In this document: positions 17,366-26,400 of the stretch, piece by piece | Layout of the letters: each line of letters starts with the position of its first letter | Position numbering within the stretch: position 1 is the stretch's first letter | Origin: Candidatus Nomurabacteria bacterium | Lineage (GTDB): Bacteria; Patescibacteriota; Minisyncoccia; Phycocordibacterales; UBA918 | Reading direction: 5' to 3' | DNA: 64,000 nt | Assembly (NCBI GenBank): GCA_020632075.1 | Contig: JACKGH010000001.1 | Coordinates: forward strand, 131,216-195,215 | Position numbers and translations under genes: made by a program | The notes under the pieces: model-generated | Database searches by the model: none | Seen by the model: the letters and a program-made list of their open reading frames with translations, nothing else | What the model was told of the DNA's origin: nothing

Positions 17366-18337
17366 ATGGAGGACTACTTAATATCCCTAGTCCTAGTGGT
17401 TTTATCAGGGCTCTTCTCGGGCTTAACACTAGGGCTACTCTCTCTCGATCTACAGTCATTGCGACGCCGTGCGAAGCATGGAGATCGAAGTGCAGCTATC
17501 ATTTACCCAGTACGAGAAAAGGGTAACTTACTACTCACGACATTGTTGCTTGGCAACGTGGCGGTTAATACGACGTTGTCTATTTATCTCGGTAGTATTG
17601 CGTCGGGTATTGTTGCTGGCATTATCGCAACCGCGCTCATCGTGATCTTTGGTGAGATCATTCCGCAGGCAGTGATCTCTCGCTACGCACTCTGGTTTGG
17701 CGCTAAGACGATCTGGTTCACTCGTGTGGTGATCGTGCTCTTTTTTCCGATCTCGTATCCAATTGCAAAGACTCTCGATTACTTTCTGGGTGCTGAATTG
17801 CCAACTACCTATTCACACAAGGAGCTCATGGATATCATCTCTGAGCATGAAGATTCTGAACTAAGTTCGATCGATGAAGATGAAGAACGCATTATGCATG
17901 GTGCGCTACGGTTTTCCCACATGTCAGTGCGTGAAGTAATGACTCCTGCTGAACGAGTGGTTTCATTTGATGAAAATCAGCGCCTCACTGACGCATTCTT
18001 CGAAGAGGTCAACGAGCATGGCTTCTCTCGCTTGCCGATCTATAGCGGCGAGAAGGCTAATGTAGTTGGCATTCTGTATGTTAAAGACTTGATCGTCGAA
18101 GATGACCATATTTCAATCAAAGAAACGGAGGAGGCATTCGATCGCAAATTCATAACTGTTCGCACGGACGATCTCCTTGACGCCGTTCTTGGAAAGATGC
18201 TCAAATCACGACAGCATCTGGCTATTGTACGTAATCGAAGCAAGCAGTACGCCGGTGTTATCTCGCTCGAAGATATTATCGAAGAGATCATTCAGCAGGA
18301 GATCGTCGATGAGGATGATGATATTGAAGAGGTATAG
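17366..18337 (+). CDS. CNNM/HlyC-CorC family membrane protein (DUF21 TM domain + CBS pair), without the CorC_HlyC C-domain
   Basis: N-terminal 4-TM DUF21-like region. CBS motifs (MTPAERVVSFDENQ, GFSRLPIY, VVGILYVKDLI). Acidic C-terminus. Confidence 0.8.
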   Translation: MEDYLISLVLVVLSGLFSGLTLGLLSLDLQSLRRRAKHGDRSAAIIYPVREKGNLLLTTLLLGNVAVNTTLSIYLGSIASGIVAGIIATALIVIFGEIIPQAVISRYALWFGAKTIWFTRVVIVLFFPISYPIAKTLDYFLGAELPTTYSHKELMDIISEHEDSELSSIDEDEERIMHGALRFSHMSVREVMTPAERVVSFDENQRLTDAFFEEVNEHGFSRLPIYSGEKANVVGILYVKDLIVEDDHISIKETEEAFDRKFITVRTDDLLDAVLGKMLKSRQHLAIVRNRSKQYAGVISLEDIIEEIIQQEIVDEDDDIEEV

Positions 18338-18427
18338 AGTGATTGACACTCCTCGTGGAGACGGTATAGTCGAACCTGGGGCGGCCATTGCCGTCAGATA
18401 GTAAAACCAATATGGAGGTATAGACTG

Positions 18428-18952
18428 ATGTGTAAAGCATCGATCTTCGCTGAGCGTTGGCGGTTTGCTGAAGAAGGCGAGCTGCTTTCGATCGGCATTA
18501 CCAAGACTCGTCATGGAGCGTTCCATGAGCCGGGTGTTCCGGTGAATGAGTGTGTGGTGTGCACGAAGACAGGAGACCGTCTGTCGGTCACGATTCCGCC
18601 TCTTCTGCAGCAACAGTACGGTCTTGCACCGATCGAGGAAGCTGTCTTCTGGCAGACGCCCGGCAGTGATTCTCAGGTGATCCAGGATCAGGTGGTATTT
18701 GTGAAGCATCCGAAACGGCCATCTGTTGCCCTCTCGCTTTTCGCTGCTGGCGGTGCGACCGCGGTGGTCCTCTCGGTGGTTGATCGGCAGTCCAGTGATG
18801 CTGAAGTCATCGATGAAATTCTGCTTCTTTCTAGCGAAACGGAAGCACTCATCAGAGTACTTGGAACAGGTGTTGATGAGGCTCGTCAGCAAGAGGAGTT
18901 GGTCATCACACCGGTGTCTGATGTGACAATCCGCACTGCTGCTGCAGCCTGA
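18428..18952 (+). CDS. Hypothetical protein with CVVC motif
   Basis: ATG preceded by GGAGG, followed by the terminator at 18989. It is preferred over the overlapping minus-strand ORF 18206..18997. Confidence 0.5.
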   Translation: MCKASIFAERWRFAEEGELLSIGITKTRHGAFHEPGVPVNECVVCTKTGDRLSVTIPPLLQQQYGLAPIEEAVFWQTPGSDSQVIQDQVVFVKHPKRPSVALSLFAAGGATAVVLSVVDRQSSDAEVIDEILLLSSETEALIRVLGTGVDEARQQEELVITPVSDVTIRTAAAA

Positions 18953-18988
18953 ACGTCCGGCTTCAGTATCGATGTGTGTACAATCCCA

Positions 18989-19012
18989 CCCGCGCAATAG
19001 CGCGGGTTTTTT
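18989..19012 (+). terminator. Rho-independent terminator CCCGCGC-aata-GCGCGGG + T6
   Basis: Read directly from the sequence. Confidence 0.75.
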
Positions 19013-19112
19013 GTGTATAGGATCATTTGACTGAGTGAAAGGTGCAGGCTATATTGCATCACCTGTAAAGGTGTTCTTTTGTAATTTGATCAAAACTGGG
19101 GAGAGTAGTGAC

Positions 19113-19550
19113 ATGACTGAAGCGAATGTGTGTGTGCAAGATCAGGTAGATGCCGTTGTTGGTGACTGGCTCAAGGTAGTGAGGCTCCCAAATGGCAGCA
19201 CGGCGCTTCATGCGTCTTGTAAAGGATGCGACCGCGGCGAGCTTGGTCCGCAAGTGCACTTGCATGACAACGATCGAGTGTGGATCGAATGTATCCCGCT
19301 GGCGGTTGTCAAGGCTAATCGGTTGCGGCAGGATTCTGGTGAGGCAGTCTTCTCTGCTGGGATCGGTGGTGTTGGTTCTCGTCGCGAGTCAAGCTTCGCA
19401 TTTGAGACGGGATCGCCGGTGCAACCAGTGCGCTGTGTCCACGCGTCAGACCTGGCTGTGCCTGGCGTTCGGATAAAGGTGTTGGAGCTCGCTTCAGTCG
19501 CTGTGGAAGCAGCGACATCAATCGAGGTTCTGACGGCCTTTGCTAACTGA
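19113..19550 (+). CDS. Hypothetical protein with CKGC motif
   Basis: ATG 19113 is preceded by GGGGAG. A terminator follows. Confidence 0.45.
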   Translation: MTEANVCVQDQVDAVVGDWLKVVRLPNGSTALHASCKGCDRGELGPQVHLHDNDRVWIECIPLAVVKANRLRQDSGEAVFSAGIGGVGSRRESSFAFETGSPVQPVRCVHASDLAVPGVRIKVLELASVAVEAATSIEVLTAFAN

Positions 19551-19578
19551 GTATCCACCGCTAGTGTGATCAACGAAT

Positions 19579-19603
19579 CCGCGCTGCTAGGCGCGGGTTT
19601 TTT
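19579..19603 (+). terminator. Rho-independent terminator CCGCGC-tgcta-GGCGCGG + T6
   Basis: Same CCGCGC stem type as the preceding terminator. Confidence 0.7.
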
Positions 19604-19747
19604 ATTTGGCCATAGTTAAGCACATTGTCGAATTGACACTTAATCCGCTAGAGAGTTATAGTCAAAAAGGAGTCGCGTGTACGAAGAAATTTGACTCTGC
19701 GGAGTCGCAATTTGCGGCATGTAAAATAGACAAGAGGAGAAACGTAG

Positions 19748-20161
19748 ATGCAAAGCAATGTGGCATCTGTTTGCGCAGTCGGTGAAACCGATCAGGAGGG
19801 TGACGCAGCTCACTTGAACGCGGTAGGAGGGGAGATCCTTCATGTAATGAATACTTCTCAAGGTCCAGCTTTGGTTGGTAACCACAACTGTCACCACGGT
19901 AATCCCGTCATGTTCCCGGATGGTGTGTCGGTAGTGATCTCTGAACTCCCTTGGGAGGTTATGGAATCGCACGGTGTACCTCGTCAGGTGTTGGCAGTCT
20001 GCTGCGTTCACCGGTTCGAGAAAGGCGATGAGCCTCAACCGGCTTTCCAGGTAAAGATCAAGGGGGCCGTTGTCGCGACTTTTTCATTGGCTGAACTCTG
20101 TGGTGCAGAAGAGCACTGGAGAACGGCGTTGCGAGTTGGCAAACTGGTGGAGGCACAGTAA
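19748..20161 (+). CDS. Hypothetical protein (Cys/His-rich: HNCHHG)
   Basis: AGGAGA RBS. Its stop overlaps the start of the next small ORF (TAATGA). Confidence 0.45.
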   Translation: MQSNVASVCAVGETDQEGDAAHLNAVGGEILHVMNTSQGPALVGNHNCHHGNPVMFPDGVSVVISELPWEVMESHGVPRQVLAVCCVHRFEKGDEPQPAFQVKIKGAVVATFSLAELCGAEEHWRTALRVGKLVEAQ

Positions 20162-20330
20162 TGAGCACTCCAGCAGCGTCTTCTGAAGAGAGGGGATTCT
20201 CGTCGATCGAAAGTCAGCCAGATGACAAGTCGACAATTGAGCGAACCGTGGATCCATACATGGATGCACTTCGCCAAGCCGAGACGGCTTTGACCGATCA
20301 GTATGACGGTCAGTGCGACGGCGGTTGATC
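20160..20330 (+). CDS. Small acidic protein (56 aa), possibly translationally coupled to the previous gene; below the 60-aa ORF-track cutoff
   Basis: I translated ATGAGCACTCCAGCAGCG...GGCGGTTGA by hand. The bidirectional terminator at 20353 follows it. Confidence 0.3.
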
Positions 20331-20352
20331 AACAGCGCTGAAGCTTCCGAAA

Positions 20353-20372
20353 GGGCCCACGTTAGTGGGCCC
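20353..20372. terminator. Bidirectional hairpin GGGCCCAC-gtta-GTGGGCCC between convergent genes
   Basis: Read directly from the sequence. It lies downstream of both the plus-strand small ORFs and minus-strand rsuA. Confidence 0.6.
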
Positions 20373-20390
20373 TTGATTTCTATATTATGA

Positions 20391-21104
20391 TTATGCAGCT
20401 AGATCGAGTTCTCTGAGGAAGGTAGCGAGCTTACTCCCTTGGATCTTTCGATATTGATTTGGCTTTAGTTTACCCATTTCAATGTTCATGATCCGTACTC
20501 GCTTGAGTGACTGTACTTGATAGCCAAGTGCAGCGCACATACGGCGGATCTGATGCTTCTTGCCTTCGGTAAGTACGATGGTGAAGCGCTTGTCATTGCG
20601 GTCATTGGCTACTAGGTGTGCTGTTTTTGTGCGGTAGCCTTCAATATCAACTCCGTTTTGCATGGCTCGAAGAAACATGCCAGAGACCTTTTTGTCGACA
20701 GTGACATCGTATTCTTTTTCATGACCAGCCTCAGGATCAAGCATTGGACCAGTGATCCGACCATCATTTGAAAGGATAATGAGACCTTCAGAGTCTTTGT
20801 CGAGCCGGCCGACTGGCGACACGTGGGTAATGCCAAAATCCTTCGCGAGTCGGCCGGCGATATCAGTTTCGCCCTCAGCTGGGGAATGGGTAATAACACC
20901 ACGGCCTTTGTAGTAGGCGAGGTAGGTCTTCGGTTTGGTCTTACCGGTTACTTCGACCGAATCAGTCTCCTGTACCTGTTGTCCCATTTCAGCGACTTTG
21001 CCGTTTACTTTGACCTTGCCTTTGGCAATGAGCTCGTCCGCTTCACGACGAGATGCAACACCGGTGTGTGCAAGGTATTTGTTGATTCGCATTGGGAATT
21101 CCAT
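20391..21104 (-). CDS. rsuA: Ribosomal RNA pseudouridine synthase, RsuA/RluB family (S4 domain + catalytic domain)
   Basis: S4 motif INKYLAHTGVASRREADELIAKGKVKVNG. The catalytic motif is VGRLDKDSEGLIILSNDG. The C-terminal KKHQIRRMCAALG is also present. The protein is ~232 aa from MRINKY. Confidence 0.85.
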   Translation of the reverse strand: MEFPMRINKYLAHTGVASRREADELIAKGKVKVNGKVAEMGQQVQETDSVEVTGKTKPKTYLAYYKGRGVITHSPAEGETDIAGRLAKDFGITHVSPVGRLDKDSEGLIILSNDGRITGPMLDPEAGHEKEYDVTVDKKVSGMFLRAMQNGVDIEGYRTKTAHLVANDRNDKRFTIVLTEGKKHQIRRMCAALGYQVQSLKRVRIMNIEMGKLKPNQYRKIQGSKLATFLRELDLAA

Positions 21105-21139
21105 GGCCGATACTATGTCATAGATTGAGCGATTTGTAC

Positions 21140-21177
21140 AGAAATGGCCGGCGCCCTTCGGGCGCCGGCCATTTCTG
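21140..21177. terminator. Palindrome family B variant (CAGAAATGGCCGGCGCCC-ttcg-GGCGCCGGCCATTTCTG), downstream of the minus-strand gene 21187..21717
   Basis: 17-bp perfect stem. Confidence 0.6.
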
Positions 21178-21186
21178 TCTCGTATA

Positions 21187-21717
21187 TTACAGATCGATCT
21201 CTGGTGTGTGATAGTACTGCAGTTCAGATGGATTTAGTTTGGCAGGTATCTCCACACCCTCGTCGATCATCGTAAACGGTAAATGTGTAACGAGTAGTGA
21301 AAGGTCAGGATTTGAGTCCAGCTCCTCATCAGTCACGCTCATGAGCGTGACCAGAGTAAAACTGGCAGCTTCACCTGCTGGTACTCGGTAGTATTTGCCG
21401 TCTTCGATTGCTACTGCAGGATGCTTGGTTAAGACAAGTCCAGCACTGGTGCCAAGTGCAGTGGTTGCCTTATCATCTTGGATCTCATAGCCCATCAGTG
21501 TGTCGCTGTCGCTTGACTCAGCTCGTGTCGCAAAGATCGGCATGAGCACGTCTCGCTCTGCAAAGCCAAAGGAGTAGGTGACTGTAAACAGGATATTGTT
21601 AGCAGTGAGCCGTGTGGCGGTCTGATCAGTAGTAAAATAAGCTTCCGATGCTTGTGGTATCAAAAATATAGAAAAGACGAATAGCCATCCGGCTAGTTTC
21701 AATTTGCATGTATTCAT
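21187..21717 (-). CDS. Secreted hypothetical protein (signal peptide)
   Basis: The start is taken at MNTCKLKLAGWLFVFSIFLIPQASEA. The longer track ORF would overlap the sigma-factor gene. Confidence 0.5.
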   Translation of the reverse strand: MNTCKLKLAGWLFVFSIFLIPQASEAYFTTDQTATRLTANNILFTVTYSFGFAERDVLMPIFATRAESSDSDTLMGYEIQDDKATTALGTSAGLVLTKHPAVAIEDGKYYRVPAGEAASFTLVTLMSVTDEELDSNPDLSLLVTHLPFTMIDEGVEIPAKLNPSELQYYHTPEIDL

Positions 21718-21742
21718 GCCACTATCATACAACACCAAACGT

Positions 21743-22327
21743 ATGGAACAACCACTGACATTACCACCAAGCGATGAAGAACTGGTGCAAAAGACGTTGG
21801 AGGACAAGGAGACCTTCGGCGAATTGGTTGACCGCTATCAGGCAAAGTTAACGCGGTATATTACGCGTCTTGGTGTTCGTGATCCTGAAGATCAGATGGA
21901 TGTGTTACAGGAGATCTTCCTGAAGGTCTATCGAAATCTCAATGGTTTTGATCCCTCTTTGCAATTTTCTTCCTGGATCTACCGTATTGCACACAATGAA
22001 GCGATCAGCTGGTACCGCAAGAAGAATGTGCGACCAGAAGGACATCTCATCGCTGATAGTGAGGAGATCATCTCTTTCATTAGCTCAAAGGAAGATGCGC
22101 AGGACGTCAGTTTTGATAAAGAGATCAATGCAGAGCGCGTAAAGGAGGCGTTGGCACAGATCGATGAAAAGTACCGCGAAGTCATTATTTTGCGCTTCTT
22201 CGAGCACAAGGAGTACGAGGAGATATCTGATATTTTGCAAATTCCTGTGGGTTCGGTTGGAACTTTGCTACATCGCGGCAAAAAACAGCTGGCAAGTGTT
22301 TTAAATCAAGAAGCTATACGTATATAA
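21743..22327 (+). CDS. ECF-type RNA polymerase sigma-70 factor
   Basis: Region 2 (LQEIFLKVYRNLNGFD...FSSWIYRIAHNEAISWYRKK) and region 4 HTH (REVIILRFFEHKEYEEISDILQIPVGSVGTLLHRGKKQL). Confidence 0.85.
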   Translation: MEQPLTLPPSDEELVQKTLEDKETFGELVDRYQAKLTRYITRLGVRDPEDQMDVLQEIFLKVYRNLNGFDPSLQFSSWIYRIAHNEAISWYRKKNVRPEGHLIADSEEIISFISSKEDAQDVSFDKEINAERVKEALAQIDEKYREVIILRFFEHKEYEEISDILQIPVGSVGTLLHRGKKQLASVLNQEAIRI

Positions 22328-22340
22328 GAGCGAGTTAGAT

Positions 22341-23258
22341 ATGGAATGTAAAGAAAACGACAAGAAGTGTCTCAAAACCAGTATTTTCGAACGAATCGAG
22401 TCCGAGCAGGTTTCACCGCGGTCGCGCTGGTTTTTCCATAGCCGAGAGTGTGTTGTGTGGTTCTTTTGGGGTATTTCTGTGCTCATCGGTGCTTTAGCGG
22501 TTGGTATTTCACTGTTCGTCATGATCCATCACCAGTATGCACTGTACGAAGCCACACATGAGAATTTCTTCACGTTCTTAGTAGATGTGCTTCCGTACCT
22601 TTGGTTTATGGTATTTGGCCTGATGATCGCTGTCGCTGTGTTCAATCTGCGCCACACTAAGCGTGGCTATCGCTGGCCAATGTGGATGATCATTGCTAGT
22701 AGCATGGTCTTTAGTTTTGCGGGAGGTTCAGCGATCCATCTGTTTGGTCTTGGGCACGAGGTTGATGAACTCTTGGGATCACACTTGGGTATGTACACCT
22801 CTCAGAGCAAACTTGAGCAGATCATGTGGCAAGTTCCTTCAGAAGGACGTCTGATCGGTCGGCAGGTATACACAACAGTCCAACCGACCAGTACGATCAT
22901 TTTTGAGGATACTACCGGGGCACGCTGGCGAGTTGATTTGAGTGAGCTTTCTACTCGCGATATGGATCTTCTTGCGTCAGAGCAGACGGTTCGTTTACTT
23001 GGAGTGCCAACTGAAGGAGAGGTCAAGATCTTTCATGCTTGTGGAGCGATGCCGTGGATGCTTGAACCAAAGGTAACGGTTAAAGATATGAGTACTGAGC
23101 GTGAAGAGTTCATTGAACGAGTAACACTCCATGCGAGACCACCAGAACCGATTTTTGTACATAAAGAGGGTGATGCGTTAGCGTCGACAACCTTGGCAGA
23201 GATCGGTCCTTGTGCTGAGTCGGCAGCAGTCAGGCGGATGCCAGTCAGGCCTCAGTAA
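22341..23258 (+). CDS. Putative membrane-bound anti-sigma factor, assigned by position and topology only
   Basis: It lies directly downstream of the ECF sigma. Short cytoplasmic N-terminus, 3-4 TM helices, then an extracytoplasmic domain. Confidence 0.4.
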   Translation: MECKENDKKCLKTSIFERIESEQVSPRSRWFFHSRECVVWFFWGISVLIGALAVGISLFVMIHHQYALYEATHENFFTFLVDVLPYLWFMVFGLMIAVAVFNLRHTKRGYRWPMWMIIASSMVFSFAGGSAIHLFGLGHEVDELLGSHLGMYTSQSKLEQIMWQVPSEGRLIGRQVYTTVQPTSTIIFEDTTGARWRVDLSELSTRDMDLLASEQTVRLLGVPTEGEVKIFHACGAMPWMLEPKVTVKDMSTEREEFIERVTLHARPPEPIFVHKEGDALASTTLAEIGPCAESAAVRRMPVRPQ

Positions 23259-23479
23259 GGAAGGAATGATCTCTTTTTTCAGAGCGCAGACAAGAAACCT
23301 TGCCAAAAGGTTATTTCTGTGTCAAAACTTGCAAAATTTGAAATACGGGAGTACTATTATACGTAGCACGACAACTAATTGATGGGATCGTGGTATTGGT
23401 GTGGGGCCACCAAATAAAAGTTATTACTAAGGTGAGATGTTAACAGCTAACTCTTATTGGTTTTTAACCGTAGAGGCTT

Positions 23480-26400
23480 ATGAATAATTCATTTATTTTT
23501 TCGCGACGGACAATTACTGCGCGTGTGTACGCAATTGTTACGATCGTGTCTTTACTATTGAGCGCTTTTCCAGCGTCTTTTTTTGTCGCTGAAGCGGCAG
23601 TTGGCCCAACAATTGAGCCGCAAGAAGAACCGGTAACGGTGTTCGTGACTGGTGAAGAAGTACCATTCACTGCCGACGATAACGGCTTTGCAGATGGACA
23701 GACTGTATATGTATCGCTTGCGTCAAGCAACGGCGGTGTGTTCAGTACTGGAAACAATGGTGGCGCTTGTACAAGTGACTTTGATAAGACAAGCATTACT
23801 ATTGCCAGCAACAAGAGCACTGCTTCATTCTGTTACAAGAATGATACAGCAGGTTCTGACACTATCACTGCAACATTCTCATCAGACGGTGAGACTGATG
23901 TGATCGTGACCTACGATGTCACGTTGGTTACAGCACCTGGTTACTTCTGTAAGGCAGAAGGTAACGAAGGTTTCCACAAGCAGACACTAAATCCAGCTGA
24001 AGCTCAGGAATTGCATGATGGTGATGATGCCGGTCTTATCGGACCTGGTGTCAATGAGCACAACATCATTCCACCGTTTGGCGATTTTCCTGGCTACAAC
24101 TGGGACGCTGCGGGAGAGGCTATCTTTGGCAACGATTGTGTTGAGCCAGTGGTCATTGACGTGTGTCCAAACATCGACGGACCACAATCAGAGGTGCCAG
24201 CCGATCATCATATTGACCAGGCAGGTAACTGTGTAGAGGATCAACAGCCACCAGAGAAGGTGGATAACACCTGTCTCCTTCCAGATGGTGATTTTGAGGC
24301 GTTCACTCGTGGCCCGATCTTGTACCCAGCAGAAGATACTCTCGAGGAGATCTTTGCAGCCGCTGGCTATGGTTCAGTAGATGTAGACAACGAGCAGATG
24401 AGTACTGAGACTTGGTCTCTAGAGTCTCTTGATACTGACACAGTAACGCTAAAGGTGACTGTGCTTGGCAAGCAGGCTGGAAATACTCAGACCTTCGGGT
24501 ATTACGCTGCTGGCAATACTGGAAGTTTTGTCTCACTGCTTTCGGTTCCGACTGCAGTCGTTGGAGACTCAGTGGAAGTTGAGATTCCAGGTCAGACTAT
24601 TGGTTTCGGCCTTATGACCGTTGGCAACCCATCAGGTAGTTGGTACTCAGAATTCGACTTGAATTCAGGAGACCAAGATAATCTCGCGGTATACAACCCA
24701 GAGGAGAATGTATACCTCTTAGCTTTTGAAGATCGCCCAGAAAGTCATGAAGGTTATGACAATGATCACAACGACTTGGTACTGAAGGTTGAAGTACTTG
24801 AATGTACTGAAGGTCCTGGTGAATGTGTCCCAGAACGATACGTGTTTGCTGACAATGTTGGGTCTTCAAACCAAGGTCTTACTAAGGGTGGTGCAGCAGT
24901 AGCTGTAAATCGTTCAAACCCAGAAGATGCAACTGGTGATCCAGATTGGACCTCAGGCGGTAGCACTGGTTTCTACAGTCTCGGCTTTGGTGGTTGGATC
25001 ATCGTTTCATTCGATAAGTACGTGGTAAACGTAGAAGGAAATGACTTGTCGATCCACGAAGCTACTAATGGCACCTATCCACTAGAAAAGGCACGTGTTG
25101 AGGTGAGTCAGAATGGCTCAGAGTGGCATGTGCTATCAGAAGAAGCTCACAATGACAGTTCAGAGGGTGGAGACGGCGTAACACTGCTTGATTTTGATGA
25201 GACAGGACTCTCATGGATCAAGTATGTCCTTATCACTGATACAACCGACCCATCACTTCATGGAAATGACGCAGACGGATTTGATCTCGACACTGTCGAC
25301 GCTACCTACGTAGTATGTGACGAGCCAGAACCAGATCCAGAAATGATCGCGATCCATACTTACAAGGTGGTGTGTACCGATGAAGCAGACCTGCCAAACT
25401 GGAATACCGTGCAAAATGGTGCACCGACCATTACCGGCAACACAGCCGCTGATTGGGTAGCAGAGCACGACAGTTGTCGACTAGTAGAAGGTTGGCAGTT
25501 CCAGTGGGCGCCATACGGCACCAGTAACCCAGGTGACGCACTCTATGGTGCGGCTGGCGGTAACTGGTCAACACCATTTACTGGTACCACTAATATCCTC
25601 TTGTCTGATCTCAATGACCAGAACAAGCTCTGGATGCGAGAAGTGCTTGAAGAGGACTACATCCCATTCACCTTTGCTTCTGAAGGAAGTAAGAATATCA
25701 ATGATGTTACAGCTGAATTCTACTGTCACCTCGATGGACTCAACTACGACAACTACGACCGTATTGATGGTGTAGAAGCTGATGGTGAGTACTACTGTGT
25801 CGCTTGGAATGCACCAGTAGAGCCAGATGTAGAATTCGGACCATACTGTGGAGACGGAGTTGTACAAGGCTGGGAGCAGTGTGACGAAGGTTCAGCTACT
25901 GACACCTGTACTGCGTACTGTACCAACCAATGTACAGACAACCTACAGCTCGTGAAGATCACTCTTGATCCACAGGCTCCTGAATCTGACAGTTTCGACG
26001 GTATGATCTACCTTGGTTCTGAGTCAAACCCGATCCCTAACGGAACTTGGTTCAACTTTGCTGAAGTTGGTGACGCTGCAGCTAATCACACTGCACTCGC
26101 AGCAACAGGTCTAGCGGTAGAACGTACTGCCACTGACCTTGTGTTGGCGGTAGAAGGTGGTAATGCAAACAATCACTTTGATTACGTCTTCGGTTCGATC
26201 GAGACCCTCGGTATTGACCTTGGTGCAGCTGATCGAAGCCCGATCACTGGTTGGCCACTTGAGAATACTGGTAGCTACGTAGACGTCTTTGACGTCGACG
26301 AAGATACTGACTCAGTAGACTTCAAGTTCTGGCTCACTACTGGTGACGATGCTGCTTCAGTAGCTGTAAACGCTGGTGAGGCATTCGATTGTCCAGAATG

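Noticed and set aside
18206-18997. 263-aa minus-strand ORF overlapping the 18428..18952 plus-strand ORF
   Set aside because: The translation is Arg-rich and low-complexity and has no recognisable motifs. The plus-strand ORF has a GGAGG RBS and a downstream terminator, so the minus ORF is treated as antisense noise.
23464-23820. 118-aa minus-strand ORF overlapping the start of the 1467-aa surface-protein gene
   Set aside because: It is antisense to a long ORF with a clear signal peptide.
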